A stretch of 63,928 bases of DNA, the filler included, from Lenisia limosa (lineage: Eukaryota; Protista; Breviatea): NCBI GenBank assembly GCA_001655205.1. It is 11 parts of 11 records of this genome, joined end to end, with 100 filler letters (N's around TTAATTAATTAA, not from the genome) between each part and the next. Parts side by side here need not be neighbours in the genome. Positions count along the whole stretch, not along the records: positions 57,564 to 59,961 come from LPNZ01003614.1; positions 60,062 to 63,928 come from LPNZ01008055.1; 9 more parts are not named here. One strand, 5' to 3'. Positions 59,766-63,928 of this stretch are shown in pieces (positions within the stretch are counted from its first letter, which is position 1; each line of letters starts with the position of its first letter). Position numbers and translations under genes: made by a program. Below the pieces are notes generated by a model. That model worked only from the letters and a program-made list of their open reading frames with translations. It made no database searches and was not told where the DNA came from.

Positions 59766-60907
59766 CTGTGGAGAGGGCGCAAAATGGGAAAATTTATGAA
59801 AAAAGCCCGCAGTCAACAAAGAGCAGACGCGAAAATGGGAAGAGGTTGGAAAGTTACCGGAAGGGGGTGAAGAACAAAGGGGTAATAAGGTAAAAACGGC
59901 AAAGAAAACAACTCCATAATCCCCCCCCCCTCCCCCCGGACCATAATACGGGATCTAAGGANNNNNNNNNNNNNNNNNNNNNNNNNNNNNNNNNNNNNNN
60001 NNNNNTTAATTAATTAANNNNNNNNNNNNNNNNNNNNNNNNNNNNNNNNNNNNNNNNNNNNGAGTAAAACAAAGGAAATTTCGAATTTGGCGTAAATATA
60101 CTGATTACGAAATAATCTGAAACCCCAAAAAAACAAACAAAAAATATAATAAAAAAGGTGATATAATGAAACAAAAAAGGGGGACTGAGAGGGAGGGTCT
60201 ACCCATCACATTTATAAAGGTTGTATCAGGCCGAAGCCGTCCACAATCACGCTTTTAAACAGAATCGCATGCCCCCTTCACTAAATAAAAATGTAGCCAT
60301 ACAAACACAAGGACTAATACAGGTGTTCTTGTCGTATCCCTATGTATTTATATGTGTTTACCTAGTTTTTTTTAATGCAGAATATCCTATCATAACAACA
60401 GTACCACCAACACGAGATCCATTTGTGGTGGTTGAGGGGGGAGGGGGGTAAATTGAAAATTTTAAGTGTAAATGGAAACTATACATTAAATGGGATAACT
60501 CTTGACCGATTTGCTACATGATTTCCCAAAGACAATCGGTCAAGACTTATCTTGAAATGTAATACATATATGACAAAAAAAAACAAGGAATTAGCNNNNN
60601 NNNNNNNNNNNNNNNNNNNACAAAAAAAAACAAGGAATTAGCTCCATAGTAAGCATAAGTGAAAATAATACTATTGGAAAGATAGGGAAAAAAAAAGATA
60701 CTATCTTAAAAAAGAGCATATAAATGATTATCTTCAAAAAGACTCAAAAAAAACAGCAATATTTGTTGAAACCATTACAAAGAAAACAGAATATGACAAA
60801 AAAAAGAAGAAGAAAAGAATATGATGGAGCAACACAATATAACCAAGAGCCCTAAAAACGAACAAACACCATGGAACAAAAAAGAATTGGGGAGTAACAG
60901 ATCACCG

Positions 60908-61823
60908 TTAATGAGGGGAATTGTGCAGGCAGAAACGAAAACAGGGGCAACCCGATGCAGATTCCTCACTTTGAGTGCGAGTGACATGCTGAGACCGCTG
61001 AGCAAGGGCAACAAGAGGAGAGTGCGCCTCCTGGAAAGTTAACTTAAGCCTTGTTGACGCTCTTTGCTTGCCGATTCCCTTATTATACCAATAAAGCAGC
61101 TTACATGGACTTCGCTAGAAGGCTGGCGGGCACTGGACACAGCACCTGGGCCTTTGACTTTCTTTGATGCGGGAGACGTCGAAAGCACTGCTCCTCGTCG
61201 AGTTGAGACCTTGGCTCGACCTTCAGGAGGGCGAGGGACAACTGGACAGGACCCTGAAGGTCCTAGTCCTTTTGATACGGCAGGTCCAGCGTACAGCCGA
61301 GACGCTAATGGGTTCAATTTGCCATTTGGGGGAGGCTGGGCCCTGTTCGTGAGATGAGGCGATCTTTGAGAAGGGACAGAAGATGGATTCCGAGGTTCCG
61401 GATCCATCTTGCCTATCGCTTCTTTATAAAAAGAAACAACAGCTCGAGTATATACCAGAACTCAAACTAAGTAAATCTGTGAATCATAACATCGTCTTGT
61501 TTAACAATATAATCAATTTATTTCTGATTTATTTTAACTAAAAAAACACTTCGTCAAATCGTGAAACAACTCTAAGACCAGAGGCGCCGACCAGAGCGGA
61601 AATACTTGGTCCAAGTTTATTTCCAGGTTATTATGGGGGGCCAGGTATAGAGTCCTTTTTTCCCACCCTTTGCTCTTTTGCTCTTTAAGCCCCTTAAAGT
61701 GTTTTGTTGTTAACATAAAGAAGGGTTTTGAAGGAATTATCAGGTTTGACGGACTGGTAGGACTCCCTGTTGACTCTAATGGCAGCTCCGGTATCCAACT
61801 ATGCGGCTGCAGGTTTGTAGGGG
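60908..61823 (-). CDS. 3' part of a Pro/Ser-rich unknown protein
   Basis: Exon MDPEPRNPSS...QPSSEVH| joins in phase 0 to terminal EAHSPLVALAQ...SGCPCFRFCLHNSPH*. Confidence 0.45.
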
Positions 61824-62692
61824 CTAAAACAAGGCGAATTTTGGGGAAAGACGGTCACCATGGGTTATATTGGCGGGTTTATTGGTTTCCTTCTGCTGCT
61901 TCTTACGTTATTGTTGAGTTTTTTGCTTGGTGAGGGTTTTTTGGGAGGCCAAAGACGCAGGGAGCAAGGTCGGTCAGTCTTTACTTATCTATACAAAGAT
62001 CATATTATTGTTGTTGATTTTGTTCATGATGCGGTTCGGCTTTGGCAAATACAACCTGGTTTTATTTGCCCTCTCTATACATATTGAAGGATGACCCTCT
62101 TTATTCAAACCAAATATATTTTACAGTGACCGCGAGAAGTCCTGACACTTGACGCGTGTCATGACTTGTCACGGTCAGTGTAAAATATCACTTTTTGGGT
62201 CTTTTTCGCACGAGGTACTACATTTTCCATGCAATGAGATGGTACAGTAAAGCTCCTATTTACAACTAGATTCACATAGAAGATCTACAGTAGAAGTCAT
62301 TTCTATTAAAGCCCCCGCATCCACATTTAACTGTTTCAAACACTAAGTTGATTCTGGGGTTTTTTGTTGTTTCAATATTGTTTTTACATTTCTCCCCCCC
62401 CCTAATGGAATGTGGGGCTGCATAAGCGACTGGTCTGGGCTTTGCTTGTTGGAGTGGTGGGTTGTGGTGCTGCAGAAGCGACCAGCCTNNNNNNNNNNNN
62501 NNNNNNNNNNNNNNNNNNNNNNNNNNNNNNNNNNNNNNNNNNNNNNNNNNNNNNNNNNNNNNNNNNNNNNNNNNNNNNNNNNNNNNNNNNNNNNNNNNNN
62601 NNNNNNNNNNNNNNNNNNNNNNNNNNNNNNNNNNNNNNNNNNNNNNNNNNNNNNNNNNNNNNNNNNNNNNNNNNNNNNNNNNNNNNNNNNNN

Positions 62693-63928
62693 CGTGCCGC
62701 CGCAGGTAACAACAGCAGTCCCCCCGAAGGCTCCCGGGGTCCCACAGCAACATGTCCAGTTCCCCCCAAGCATCCCCCAACAGCCCAAACAGATCCCCCA
62801 GAATATGGTCCAGCATCCCTCAAAACCGATGATGCCGTCGCAGCCGCGACCGGGTGTTCACTACAACCCTGTTGCTTCCTCGGGTATGGAGCGGGTGATA
62901 ATTCTTGGTTGTCGTGGTGATGGTGATGATGATGATGGTGGTGATGGTGATGATGATGGTGATGATGATGATGGTGGTGATGATGATGATGATGGTGGTG
63001 ATGATGATGGTGATGATGGTGATGATAATGATGGTGATGATGGTGATGGTGATGATGATGATGGTGATGATGGTGGTGATGGTGATAATGACCCAAGAGA
63101 CTTCACTGCAAACAAACGTGATGGTGGTACCTCTACCCCCACCATATATCTACGTTACTTTCAGACAGTACGAATAACATGACATATGATTTATTATATA
63201 TTCACGTATTATAAGCATATGATATCATATGATATGTGCTATAAGTCAGTGCGGGGCCCCGTTTTTTTTAGAAGAAATAACGCTGAGAAATGAACTTTCT
63301 GATCAATTAGTAGACAGTGAGAAATGCAAAAAAAAAATCTCTCTTTTTTTAAGTGTCGAAACAGCTCGTATATGACGATGATTGGGTAACTTATTATAAT
63401 ACTATTTCATCCAATATCTCCTGATATTACCTTGTTTTTTTTATTTCTCATTTCACTATTTATCATATACAGTGACCAGGATAAGTTTTGACCGATTTGC
63501 TTTATGATTTCCCAAGGAAAATTGGTCAGGACTTATGCCGGTCAGCGTATGTTCAAAGAATGTCATTTAGAGGAGCTTTATTTAACATAATCAGGAATTG
63601 CTCATAACCAACCTACATCTCGTGCATCTCCTCCTCTCAATCGTCCGTCTCAGGTATTTCTCACTCTTTTTTTTTTTTGTTTGTTTTTTGTCAGCATGAG
63701 AATTCATGAAATACAATTAAATTTCGGGCAACGAAATATCTTTGAAGATTTACGTTCTTGTATGTATGTATGTGTGTGTGTGTATGCGTGGTTTTGCATT
63801 TGTTAGTATCACTGAGATAATTGCAAAATTTCCATCTTTCATCCCCCTCCCCCCAGATTAACTATAACACCGGGCCTGCCACCTCCTCTGCACCCTCAGC
63901 AATGACGAGCAGGAGTTACGCCCAAGTT
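62693..63928 (+). CDS. Pro/Gln-rich unknown protein fragment
   Basis: Exons VPPQVTTAVPPKAPGVPQQHVQFPP...PVASS|, IAHNQPTSRASPPLNRPSQ| and INYNTGPATSS..., with GT-AG borders. Confidence 0.5.
62915..63088. repeat. Intronic (GAT/GGT)n trinucleotide repeat
   Basis: Direct reading; this repeat is the source of the poly-His/Asp/Met shadow ORFs. Confidence 0.9.
63470..63547. mobile_element. Family E MITE
   Basis: ta|CAGTGACCAGGATAAGTTTTGACCGATTT...AATTGGTCAGGACTTATGCCGGTCAGCG|ta. Confidence 0.8.

Noticed and set aside
7924-60017. Recurrent TTAATTAATTAA motif and apparent gene neighbourhoods across it
   Set aside because: It is always centred in 44+44 N, so it is an artificial linker. Cross-spacer clustering (for example TRM11 next to PDI, or CFAP54 next to TPR) is not biological.
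62272-63182. Poly-His, poly-Asp and poly-Met ORFs
   Set aside because: Translations of an intronic GAT/GGT microsatellite lying after a GTATGG donor.

Overview
AT-rich, intron-dense eukaryotic nuclear DNA, probably from a flagellated protist (CFAP54-like and TPR-rich genes; species not assignable). It is not one locus. Ten identical 100-bp artificial spacers (44 N + TTAATTAATTAA + 44 N) join 11 separate scaffolds, so adjacency across spacers is meaningless and most genes are truncated. The supplied ORF track is mostly uninformative because real exons are 17-380 bp. Manual GT-AG splicing recovers a TRM11 tRNA methyltransferase (3' half), a PDI-family thioredoxin with a CTHC site on a 17-nt microexon, a secreted sushi-like protein, an LRR protein, a C2-domain fragment, a Mei2-like RRM fragment, a STIG1-like/somatomedin-B Cys-rich protein, a beta-helix+EGF surface protein, a KHA-like fragment head-to-head with a divergent UBC9-like E2, a CFAP54-like fragment and a TPR protein. 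There is also an orphan ~150-bp 28S rRNA fragment. Introns are built from four short repeat families. C (about 40 copies) and E (about 10 copies) are palindromic MITEs. The most interesting signal is the two non-palindromic families. Family A ends at the 3' splice AG of many unrelated genes. Family B carries a cUUCGg hairpin and lies on the host sense strand in 14 of 14 assignable copies, in one case forming almost a whole intron. Together they suggest an introner-like or splice-site-cassette system. All protein calls are by-eye motif recognition without database searches.
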